64,000 nt of DNA from Eubacteriales bacterium (GTDB taxonomy: Bacteria > Bacillota > Clostridia > Oscillospirales > QAKW01). Numbering within the stretch: the first letter of the stretch is position 1; each line of letters starts with the position of its first letter. The notes under the pieces are model-generated. The model saw nothing but the letters and a program-made list of their open reading frames with translations, was not told the DNA's origin and did no database searches. This document shows positions 40,494 to 47,843 of this stretch, in pieces. Position numbers and translations under genes: made by a program. The stretch covers positions 105,912 through 169,911 of the forward strand of contig JAZTXG010000013.1 of the NCBI GenBank assembly GCA_045636365.1, written 5' to 3'.

Positions 40494-40516
40494 ATAATAT
40501 TTTTCATTAAAAACAC

Positions 40517-40545
40517 TTGACTTTTAATAGCATATGTTGTAAAAT
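40517..40545 (+). promoter_or_regulatory. Sigma-A promoter of the tRNA cluster
   Basis: TTGACT, 17 nt, TAAAAT, ending about 30 nt before tRNA-Asp. Confidence 0.55.
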
Positions 40546-40577
40546 ATCTATCGTTGCAGTGATCAAACGCTGCATTT

Positions 40578-40654
40578 GGCCTGGTAGTTCAGCTGGTTAG
40601 AACGCTAGCCTGTCACGCTAGAGGTCGTGGGTTCGAGCCCCATCCAGGTCGCCA
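40578..40654 (+). tRNA. tRNA-Asp (GTC)
   Basis: Folds as a cloverleaf by eye: acceptor ggcctgg/ccaggtc, anticodon loop cTGTCAc, T-loop ggttcgagc, encoded CCA. Confidence 0.93.
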
Positions 40655-40659
40655 TTTTT

Positions 40660-40735
40660 GCCTCTGTAGCTCAGTTGGTAGAGCAGGGGACTGAAAATCC
40701 CCGTGTCGGTGGTTCGATTCCGCCCGGAGGCACCA
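40660..40735 (+). tRNA. tRNA-Phe (GAA)
   Basis: gcctctgtagctcagttggtagagc ... anticodon loop cTGAAAa ... ggttcgattcc ... cacca. Confidence 0.93.
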
Positions 40736-40736
40736 T

Positions 40737-40777
40737 ATAAGAAAAAGGTATATGAGCCCATATACCTTTTCTTATTA
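40737..40777 (+). other. Long hairpin between tRNA-Phe and tRNA-Cys (terminator-like or processing element)
   Basis: ataagaaaaaggtatatg / catataccttttcttat gives a stem of about 17 bp with one bulged A and loop agcc. It fills almost the whole 45-nt spacer. Confidence 0.4.
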
Positions 40778-40780
40778 AAT

Positions 40781-40855
40781 GGTGCCATAGCCAAGTGGTA
40801 AGGCCAAGGTCTGCAAAACCTTTATTCCCCGGTTCAAATCCGGGTGGCACCTCCA
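40781..40855 (+). tRNA. tRNA-Cys (GCA)
   Basis: ggtgccatagccaagtggtaaggc ... anticodon loop cTGCAAa ... ggttcaaatcc ... ggcacctcca. Confidence 0.9.
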
Positions 40856-40890
40856 AAATCCCGTTCACATTATAGTGGGCGGGATTTTTA
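40856..40890 (+). terminator. Rho-independent terminator after the tRNA cluster
   Basis: Stem aaatcccg/cgggattt followed by a T-run. Confidence 0.55.
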
Positions 40891-40942
40891 CTTGACGCAA
40901 AACAAAATTTTTCAGGTTTATGTGTTAAAAGGGAGGATTATT

Positions 40943-42247
40943 ATGCTTGAAAAGTTAAAAAACGCTTGCAGTGAAAACAAATGGATCAGAGCGGCAATCC
41001 CTGCGTTGCTGCTTCATTGCAGTATTGGTACGGTATATTGCTGGTCGATCTTCAGTCAGGAAATCGCGGAATATATCGGATTTTCAAAGGGTGCGGTCGA
41101 ATGGGCATTCAGCTTTGCCATTTTCTTTTTGGGTATGTCCGCAGCATTTCTTGGTAACGTTGTTGAGAAGGATATTCACAAATCTTCTCTGATTGCAGCT
41201 ATATGTTTTGCTGTAGGTATGGCGGGTACAGGCGGATTTATTTACTACGGAGGATTGCACCAAGGTAGTATTGTGGCTCTTATCGGTATCTATTTGTGCT
41301 ATGGTTTTATTATGGGTGTTGGCCTTGGTACGGGGTATCTTTCACCCGTCAAAACACTTATGCTCTGGTTTGCAGATAAAAAAGGTCTCGCAACCGGTCT
41401 TGCGGTGGCGGGCTTTGGCGCGGCAAAAGCGATTGCCAGCCCTATAATGCAGTCGATGTTGCAAACGATGGGGAAAAGCGGCATTTATAAAATGTTTTTG
41501 GTTTTGAGCGTGGTTTATTTCGTTATGATGTTTATCGGCCATCTCCTTCTGAAAAAGCCTGCAGATTGGAAAGAGCCTCATAGCAAGGAAGAAAAGAACA
41601 GCATTATAGCCGTTCTTAAAACGAAAAAAATCACAAACTATATTGGCATCTGGTTGATGTTTTACATTAACATTACATGCGGCCTTGCACTTTTATCGCA
41701 AGAAAAGATGATTGTGAAATGTATAGGGCTTGCGGGAATTGTCGGAATAATTTCAACCGTATCTGCTGTGTTCAACGCTGTGGGACGCCTTGGTTTTTCG
41801 GCATGGGCTGATAAGATGAACGATAGAAACACCATCTTTAAGATTATCTTCGTCATTTCAATTGTTCTGACAGCCATTGTAATTCTTACCGATGGTATTA
41901 AAAATGGTGCAACAAGCATGCCGCTTGCCATTCTTGTCTTGACGCTTTTGATGTTTATAAATGCAGGATACGGCGGAGGCTTTTCAAATGTTCCCACACT
42001 GCTTTCCGATCACTACGGAATGAGCAACATAAGTGCTATCCATGGGATTACATTATCGGCATGGGCGTTTGCGGGGCTTACAGGAAATCAGCTCGCTACC
42101 TGGATTGTAAATCACTTTGGTGAGGAGATAGAGGTTGCGGGCAATATGATTAACCCGGTAGGCTATCAGGCTGTACTGTATGTAACGGTTGCTTTGTATA
42201 TTGTTGCATTGCTTATGAGTGTGTTTTTTGTCAAAAAATCCAAGTAA
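40943..42247 (+). CDS. MFS transporter, oxalate/formate antiporter (OFA)-like
   Basis: About 12 TM segments with the OFA-type N-terminus WIRAAIPALLLHCSIGTVYCWSIF. The start is set at ATG 40943 (GGGAGG upstream), because the longer ORF overlaps tRNA-Cys. Confidence 0.8.
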   Translation: MLEKLKNACSENKWIRAAIPALLLHCSIGTVYCWSIFSQEIAEYIGFSKGAVEWAFSFAIFFLGMSAAFLGNVVEKDIHKSSLIAAICFAVGMAGTGGFIYYGGLHQGSIVALIGIYLCYGFIMGVGLGTGYLSPVKTLMLWFADKKGLATGLAVAGFGAAKAIASPIMQSMLQTMGKSGIYKMFLVLSVVYFVMMFIGHLLLKKPADWKEPHSKEEKNSIIAVLKTKKITNYIGIWLMFYINITCGLALLSQEKMIVKCIGLAGIVGIISTVSAVFNAVGRLGFSAWADKMNDRNTIFKIIFVISIVLTAIVILTDGIKNGATSMPLAILVLTLLMFINAGYGGGFSNVPTLLSDHYGMSNISAIHGITLSAWAFAGLTGNQLATWIVNHFGEEIEVAGNMINPVGYQAVLYVTVALYIVALLMSVFFVKKSK

Positions 42248-42276
42248 GGGTTTGTATTTATTTGAGAGGTACTTTT

Positions 42277-43347
42277 GTGCAAGAACGTATTGCAAAGATA
42301 CAAAAAGAGTTGGCATCAGATGAACTGTTGCTTGTCTCCGCAGATGCCAATCGCCTTTATTTTACCGGCTTTCCATCCTCTGCAGGGCTGCTGTTGATTA
42401 CAGCGTCGGATGCGTCTTTTTACATTGATTTTCGCTATTTTGAAAAGGCGCAAAGAGAAATCAACCATTGCAAGGTTTTGTTGCTGGAAAACACCCAAAA
42501 TACACTTAATGCATATATTAAAGAACACAACATCAAAAAAATAATTTTAGAAACTTCTTATGCTCCGATCGATATGATTTCTTCTTATCGTAAGATGATT
42601 CCTGAAAACTGTGAAATTTCCTTGGATTCGCGCATCAACGATAAGATATTAGAGATTCGCTCCATCAAAAGCGCAGAAGAAATTAAGAACATTAAAGAAG
42701 CACAACGCCTGACAGATGAAACCTTTTCATATATTCTTGATCGAATTAAAAAGGGAAGAACCGAGCTTGAAGTAATGCTTGATATGGAATTCTATATGCG
42801 TAAGCGGGGAAGTGAGGGCATATCCTTCGACTTCGTTGTGGTTTCCGGAGAAAATTCCTCATTACCACATGGGGTTCCGACGAAAAGACCTATCGAAGAC
42901 GGAGATTTCATAACAATGGATTTTGGCGCAGTGGTCAACGGTTATCGCTCAGATATGACGAGAACAGTTGCAGTCGGCAGTGTGAGCGATTTGCAGCGTA
43001 AGGTCTACGATACCGTTCTTTCTGCTCAAAATCTTGCATTGGAACAAATCAAGCCCGGCGTTATTTGCAAAGATATTGATCAGATTGCAAGAAATTTCAT
43101 CTACAGCAATGGATATGAAGGCTGTTTTGGGCATGGGCTTGGTCATAGCGTTGGTCTGGAAATCCATGAATCCCCGTCGTTTAATACGAGAGATACAACT
43201 ATTTTGCGTCCCGGGATGGTTTTGACAGTTGAGCCCGGAATCTATTTAGAAGGTCAATTTGGCGTTCGGATCGAAGATATGGTATGTATTACGGAGAATG
43301 GATTTGAAAACATAACAAAATCTCCAAAGGAACTGATTATATTATAA
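42277..43347 (+). CDS. Xaa-Pro aminopeptidase/dipeptidase (M24B)
   Basis: Creatinase-like N-terminal domain and M24 metal ligands (DFGAVVNGYRSDMTR, HGLGHSVGLEIHE, EPG, IED). The start is either GTG 42277 or TTG 42262. Confidence 0.85.
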   Translation: MQERIAKIQKELASDELLLVSADANRLYFTGFPSSAGLLLITASDASFYIDFRYFEKAQREINHCKVLLLENTQNTLNAYIKEHNIKKIILETSYAPIDMISSYRKMIPENCEISLDSRINDKILEIRSIKSAEEIKNIKEAQRLTDETFSYILDRIKKGRTELEVMLDMEFYMRKRGSEGISFDFVVVSGENSSLPHGVPTKRPIEDGDFITMDFGAVVNGYRSDMTRTVAVGSVSDLQRKVYDTVLSAQNLALEQIKPGVICKDIDQIARNFIYSNGYEGCFGHGLGHSVGLEIHESPSFNTRDTTILRPGMVLTVEPGIYLEGQFGVRIEDMVCITENGFENITKSPKELIIL

Positions 43348-43379
43348 AAAAGGAAGCAGCGTTGCTGCTTCCTTTTTTA
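43346..43379. terminator. Bidirectional terminator between the peptidase (+) and recombinase (-) genes
   Basis: Stem ggaagcagc/gctgcttcc flanked by an A-run and a T-run. Confidence 0.6.
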
Positions 43380-44360
43380 TTCTTCTTCAGATTCTGTTGT
43401 TCTTCGGTGAAATTTCGATAGGGGATTGCTCATCGATGCTTCTTTAATTGATTCGCTATCTACATGAGTATAAATTTGAGTAGTTCCAAGGTTTTCGTGC
43501 CCCAATATCTCTTGTAAAACACGGATATCCACATGGCCATGGCGATGCATTAATGTGGCTGCAGTGTGGCGTAATTTATGTGTGGATAGTTTCCGATCGT
43601 CCAATCCTGCGATTTTTAAATATTTCTCGACTAAATTTTGAATTGCTCGCCTTGAAATACGCTGCATATTTCTGCTAATGAACAATGCTTCAGGATCTTT
43701 TACCCCTTCTTTGGGGCGTTCATAGGTTAAATAATCATCAATCGCTTCTCGGCAGGCTTGGTTTAAATGAATGGTGCGTTGTTTGTTTCCTTTACCTGTA
43801 ATAACAACATATTCATTCTTAATATCTTTAATATTTAAGGATACCAGCTCCGCAAGTCGCATGCCGCAATTCAAAAATAATGTAATAATTGCGTAATCTC
43901 GGCGACTTTTTTTGATGGCCGCCAATAGTTCGGTACTTTCTTCCAGTGTGAGATATTTAGGCAATGTCTTTGGTAGGGAAGGGGTTTGGACATTATCCAT
44001 CGGATTTGATTTGAGGTGATGCATTCTTTGCGTCATATAGCGAAAATAGACACGTAGTGTAGACATTTTTCGCGCAATGGATCTTGAATTATTATTTCGC
44101 TTTTCGCGCAGATAATAAAAATATTCATAAATATCCTCTAAAGTGATAGAGGCTACAAAATTAACATCAATTTCATTAATGGGGATGTCGTGTAATTTTG
44201 TTTGAAGAGGAAATTTATCTTTTTTATATCGCATATAACGAAAAAAGTTTTCCAAATCCAATAAATATTCATATGTAGTAGATTTTGATTTCCCGGCAAC
44301 AACCTCAAGATAAAAAATAAAGTCTTTTAATGTTTGGGGAAGAGCTTCATAATTGATCAT
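43377..44360 (-). CDS. Tyrosine site-specific recombinase (XerC-like / phage-integrase family)
   Basis: Catalytic residues are present: R in NCGMRLAEL, HKLRHTAAT, LGHENLGTT, and Y in QIYTHV. There is an N-terminal SAM-like core-binding domain. 327 aa. Confidence 0.8.
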   Translation of the reverse strand: MINYEALPQTLKDFIFYLEVVAGKSKSTTYEYLLDLENFFRYMRYKKDKFPLQTKLHDIPINEIDVNFVASITLEDIYEYFYYLREKRNNNSRSIARKMSTLRVYFRYMTQRMHHLKSNPMDNVQTPSLPKTLPKYLTLEESTELLAAIKKSRRDYAIITLFLNCGMRLAELVSLNIKDIKNEYVVITGKGNKQRTIHLNQACREAIDDYLTYERPKEGVKDPEALFISRNMQRISRRAIQNLVEKYLKIAGLDDRKLSTHKLRHTAATLMHRHGHVDIRVLQEILGHENLGTTQIYTHVDSESIKEASMSNPLSKFHRRTTESEEE

Positions 44361-44386
44361 ACGATACGTTCCTTTAAAATAGTATT

Positions 44387-44416
44387 AACTGCACAAAATG
44401 AATATTTTGCGCAGTT
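44387..44416 (-). terminator. Hairpin downstream of the HAD hydrolase gene
   Basis: aactgcacaaaat / attttgcgcagtt gives a 13-bp stem with one mismatch. On the minus strand it is followed by an AT-rich, T-containing tail. Confidence 0.4.
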
Positions 44417-44446
44417 AGGGGAAGGGGTTTTTAAAAAACAAGGGGT

Positions 44447-45253
44447 TCATCTGCATTGTTGCTCTAAAATGGCATTTAAAAAACACCTTATATTATTAAA
44501 TATATAAGTGGGTTTCTTTCCTTCAAACTTTTCTGCGTCTTCCATTGTGGATTCCCCGCTTAACATCAATGCAGTATCAATTCCTGCATTACTACCGCTT
44601 GCGATGTCTGTATATAAACGGTCTCCTAAAATGATGGATTCCTCTTTTGTAAAACCTGCTCTTTTGATTGCAATTTCAATCATTGTGGGTTCAGGTTTGC
44701 CAATGAATTTAGGTCGGCGCTTGGTTGCATTATAGAGCATCTCAGAAACCGAACCGCAATCCGGAACCGATCCATACCATGTTGGGCAAACCCAATCCGG
44801 ATTGGTTGCAATATAATCAACGCCCCGATTTAATAAGATGCATGCATCTTCTAATTTCTGAAAGGTTAATTCGGTATCAAACCCCATTACAAGGCATTTG
44901 ATTTCATCGGAAAGCTTGTCTGTAATATTCAAACCATAGGAATTTAATTCATCCTTTAAAGCCCGAGTTCCAAATACATATAACAGGTCCTTCGGATGTG
45001 TTTTTAATAAATATTCAGCGGTTGCTTGCGCTGATGTTGTAAAATAGGATTCATCGGCATGAATACCAAGTTTGTTTAACTTTTCGATGTATTTTTTTAC
45101 GCTTTTAGAACTGTTGTTCGTCAAATACATCGCTTTGCCGTTGATTTTTTTGACATAATTCAAAAAATCAATGGTTCCATCAAATAAATTGTCATCTAAA
45201 TAGATGGTTCCATCCATATCCAGTAAAAACAATTTCTTTTCATTTAATTTCAT
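44447..45253 (-). CDS. HAD-superfamily hydrolase, subfamily IIA (NagD/YutF-like sugar phosphatase)
   Basis: FLLDMDGTIY motif I, LTNNSS motif II, and C-terminal GDRLYTDI. The start is set at ATG 45253 (AGGGGAG upstream). Confidence 0.8.
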   Translation of the reverse strand: MKLNEKKLFLLDMDGTIYLDDNLFDGTIDFLNYVKKINGKAMYLTNNSSKSVKKYIEKLNKLGIHADESYFTTSAQATAEYLLKTHPKDLLYVFGTRALKDELNSYGLNITDKLSDEIKCLVMGFDTELTFQKLEDACILLNRGVDYIATNPDWVCPTWYGSVPDCGSVSEMLYNATKRRPKFIGKPEPTMIEIAIKRAGFTKEESIILGDRLYTDIASGSNAGIDTALMLSGESTMEDAEKFEGKKPTYIFNNIRCFLNAILEQQCR

Positions 45254-45267
45254 TAGTGATCTCCCCT

Positions 45268-45639
45268 TTAGTTCCGGTGGCAACTACATTTAAAAAAACC
45301 ATCCAGAACCAAATGATAATGGTCATTTTGGACTTTAAAACCAATTTTCTTGGCTAATTTATCGTATTTAAGTGGCAAGTAAACATACATTACACCATTA
45401 ATATCCATAATATTTAATATGGCTCGACATAATCCGTCCAACATTGAAATATCACCGTCAAATCCGCTTATAGCGTGGATTTCTCCGTTCTCACCGTGAT
45501 ATTCAAAGACAGCACAAAGAAGAATCTCTTCTTGCTCTATTGTCGCAATAACGTGATATGTGGGGTTCCAATCAATATTTTGCGACGAACATATTTTTTG
45601 CGCGGTTTGTTCGTCTGTAATTTTTCTGATCTCGATCAT
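45268..45639 (-). CDS. Small hypothetical protein (123 aa), possibly a GNAT-like fold
   Basis: ORF with SD AAGGTGA upstream of ATG 45639, co-directional with and 14 nt from the HAD gene. I recognise no diagnostic motif. Confidence 0.5.
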   Translation of the reverse strand: MIEIRKITDEQTAQKICSSQNIDWNPTYHVIATIEQEEILLCAVFEYHGENGEIHAISGFDGDISMLDGLCRAILNIMDINGVMYVYLPLKYDKLAKKIGFKVQNDHYHLVLDGFFKCSCHRN

Positions 45640-45760
45640 TTTTATCACCTTACTTTTCATTTAATTATATATTATTTTTGATATTTCTGCAAGTTATTTT
45701 CATCTCTTTCGTCAACAGACAAGCGGGATTTTGCATAGAATTCAAATTGAGGTGAGAAGA

Positions 45761-46453
45761 TTGCTACTGCCATTACAATACTTTTTGGACCAAACGATCT
45801 TTTTGATGCTGCATTTAACCGGAGGGGCAACCTTTCCAAAACCGTTGACAATGGCTGAAGAAAGATATTATTTGGAAGAATTTAAAAATGGTAATATTGA
45901 AGCAAGGAATATTTTGATCGAACGTAATTTAAGGCTGGTTGCACATATTATAAAAAAATATTATGCAACGAGTAAGGATCAGGATGATCTTGTATCAATC
46001 GGTACAATCGGATTAATCAAAGGGATCTCCACATTTAATCATAAAAAGGGTGCTCGTCTTGCGACCTATGCTGCAAGATGCATAGAAAATGAAATTTTAA
46101 TGTATTTCAGAAACCAAAAAAAGCGGCAAAACGATGTGAACATCAGCGACCCGATCGAGACAGACTCCGAAGGGAATTCGCTTACATTTTTAGACGTCAT
46201 CTGCGAAGAAGAAACATTTGCTGAGAATCTGGACTTAAAAATCAACAGCAAAAAACTGTATGAGTATTTGGAAAAATTCCCTGAACGAGAAAAAAAGATT
46301 CTGATTATGCGTTACGGATTATATAACCAAAAAGCATATACACAGCGGGAAATATCAAAAAAACTCGGTATTTCGCGAAGTTATGTATCCAGAATCGAAA
46401 GTCGCGCAATTAAAAGGATGAACGAATATTTTATGAAATCAAACGAGCGGTAA
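45761..46453 (+). CDS. sigK: RNA polymerase sporulation sigma factor sigma-K (uninterrupted, apparently with a pro-sequence)
   Basis: FPKPL, NLRLVAHIIKKY, SIGTIGLIKGI, ATYAARCIENEILMYFR, DPI and TQREISKKLGISRSYVSRIESRA closely follow B. subtilis SigK rather than SigE. The preferred start is TTG 45761 (GAGGTG 6 nt upstream). GTG 45752 and TTG 45731 are alternatives. Confidence 0.8.
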   Translation: MLLPLQYFLDQTIFLMLHLTGGATFPKPLTMAEERYYLEEFKNGNIEARNILIERNLRLVAHIIKKYYATSKDQDDLVSIGTIGLIKGISTFNHKKGARLATYAARCIENEILMYFRNQKKRQNDVNISDPIETDSEGNSLTFLDVICEEETFAENLDLKINSKKLYEYLEKFPEREKKILIMRYGLYNQKAYTQREISKKLGISRSYVSRIESRAIKRMNEYFMKSNER

Positions 46454-46479
46454 TTCAAAGGAATTACCGCTCGTTTTTT
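46441..46479. terminator. Bidirectional terminator between sigK (+) and the aspartokinase gene (-)
   Basis: 16-bp stem aaacgagcggtaattc/gaattaccgctcgttt with loop aaag and a T-run. It spans both stop codons. Confidence 0.65.
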
Positions 46480-47203
46480 AGCGAATGATTGTACCCGAAC
46501 TATGCTGAAAACTTGATAAGATTTGAAGCTCGATATGATGCTCTTTTGCGATCTCGATGCTTCTCCTTTGAAGAACTTGCGATCCTTTGTCGGCGATTTT
46601 CAGCATTTGATCGTAAGTTAAATTATTATATTTTTTCGCGTTTAAATCCGTTCGCGGATCGGTTGAATAGATTCCGTCTACATCTTTATAAATTCTGCAG
46701 ATATTCGCGTTTAAATATGCAGCTAAGGCGACAGCGGAAGTATCGGATCCTCCCCTACCCAACGTCGTTGTGTTCCCTTCCTTATCGACACCTTGAAAGC
46801 CGGTGATAATAACCGCCTTTCCTTCATCAAGATGCTTGCGGATACAATGGGAGTTGATGGCTTTGATTTCTGCATTTCCATACTCCTGATCGGTTAAAAT
46901 CCCTGCTTGCGCCCCTGTGAGCGATATTGCCGGTATATTCATTGAATTTAGGGTTATTGCAAGTAATGAAGCGGATATTTGTTCGCCCGAGGAAAGCAAA
47001 GCATCCAACTCTCTCGGGTTGGGATGGGGGTCTATTTCGACAGCTTTGGCATATAAATGGTCTGTATCATCGCCTTGGGCCGATACAACGGTGACAACCT
47101 GATAACCTTCTTTGATTCGCCTGGCAATGATATTGGCCACATTATATAAGCAAACCCGATCGGCAACCGAAGTTCCACCGAATTTTTGTATAATAAGGCC
47201 CAT
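46478..47203 (-). CDS. Aspartate kinase, catalytic (amino-acid kinase) domain only, with no ACT domains
   Basis: IIQKFGGTSV, VVTVVSAQGD, ITGFQG...TTLGRGGSDTSA and IYKDVDGIYSTDPR match aspartokinase. The protein ends at about residue 241, where full-length enzymes continue into two ACT domains. The start is set at ATG 47203 (GGAGG upstream). Confidence 0.8.
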   Translation of the reverse strand: MGLIIQKFGGTSVADRVCLYNVANIIARRIKEGYQVVTVVSAQGDDTDHLYAKAVEIDPHPNPRELDALLSSGEQISASLLAITLNSMNIPAISLTGAQAGILTDQEYGNAEIKAINSHCIRKHLDEGKAVIITGFQGVDKEGNTTTLGRGGSDTSAVALAAYLNANICRIYKDVDGIYSTDPRTDLNAKKYNNLTYDQMLKIADKGSQVLQRRSIEIAKEHHIELQILSSFQHSSGTIIR

Positions 47204-47244
47204 AAAAACCTCCAAAACTACGTGGTTTTATAGTTTATAATATT

Positions 47245-47688
47245 CTAACCACGCTCTTTTGCCACAGGTTTGACGCTTAGTACACCGTTTAGTTTTTTCA
47301 TATCATCGAACAAAGATTCTAAATCTGTATCCATATTCAATGTGTCAAAGGAGATCGAGACCGGAGCAATGCCGTTCATGGGGATATTTTGATTGATCGT
47401 TAATATGCTTGCACCCGAAGAAGACATTAACGATAAAACGCGCGATAATACGCCGATTTGATCGGAAAGATACAAAATAATTGTTATGATGTTCTGCTGA
47501 TCTTTTTCCAAAAAAACGTGGACAAAATCGCGATATTTATAAAAAACACTTCTTGATATATGTACCCTTTTAGTGGCTTCGTTTACGGTCTTGCATTGCC
47601 CTGTTTGCAGTAGGCGCTTTGCCTCAACGACTTTTGAAAAGATTTCGGGCAATACGCTTTTGTCGATTAAATAATATTCCTGCTTCAT
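47245..47688 (-). CDS. UPF0735 ACT-domain protein (PheB-like)
   Basis: 147 aa, collinear with B. subtilis PheB: N-terminal LPE....V.E.K.LL...., SRS.FYKYRD, then an ACT domain (IITIILYLSDQIGVLSRVLSLMSSSGASILTINQ). Confidence 0.8.
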   Translation of the reverse strand: MKQEYYLIDKSVLPEIFSKVVEAKRLLQTGQCKTVNEATKRVHISRSVFYKYRDFVHVFLEKDQQNIITIILYLSDQIGVLSRVLSLMSSSGASILTINQNIPMNGIAPVSISFDTLNMDTDLESLFDDMKKLNGVLSVKPVAKERG

Positions 47689-47695
47689 GATTCAT

Positions 47696-47755
47696 TCCTC
47701 TCGAGAACAACAAATGTATTCATATCGAATACAATATATCATAACCGAGAGGAAA
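47696..47755 (-). promoter_or_regulatory. Nested inverted repeats in the 5' leader of the ACT/aspartokinase operon that could sequester the SD
   Basis: Plus-strand ttcctctcg (47696-47704) and cgagaggaa (47747-47755) are perfect complements. An inner hairpin gtattc/gaatac lies at 47717-47733. The 47696-47704 arm contains the SD (GAGAGG on the minus strand), 8 nt from the ATG. Confidence 0.3.
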
Positions 47756-47843
47756 ATTCAAGGTAAAAACTTTTTTCCAAATATACTTTATTTTTACATT
47801 AGTATTGTGTTATAATAAATAAAATACACAATGGAGAGTAAGA

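Noticed and set aside
40671-40868. A 65-aa minus-strand ORF, and the 5' extension of the MFS ORF (40844-40942).
   Set aside because: Both run through tRNA-Phe, tRNA-Cys and the cluster terminator. The MFS gene has a good internal start at 40943.
40578-44360. A possible tRNA-associated genomic island (tRNA cluster ... tyrosine recombinase).
   Set aside because: The intervening genes are an ordinary transporter and an M24 peptidase. The recombinase is distal and oriented away from the tRNA genes. I could not find a repeat of any tRNA 3' end to serve as attR.
45715-45742. A sigma-K-like match (AC-N17-CATAGAATT) and an ACAAG SpoIIID-like word upstream of sigK.
   Set aside because: The predicted transcription start would coincide with the SD of the preferred TTG start. 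The match is too weak to call without TSS data.
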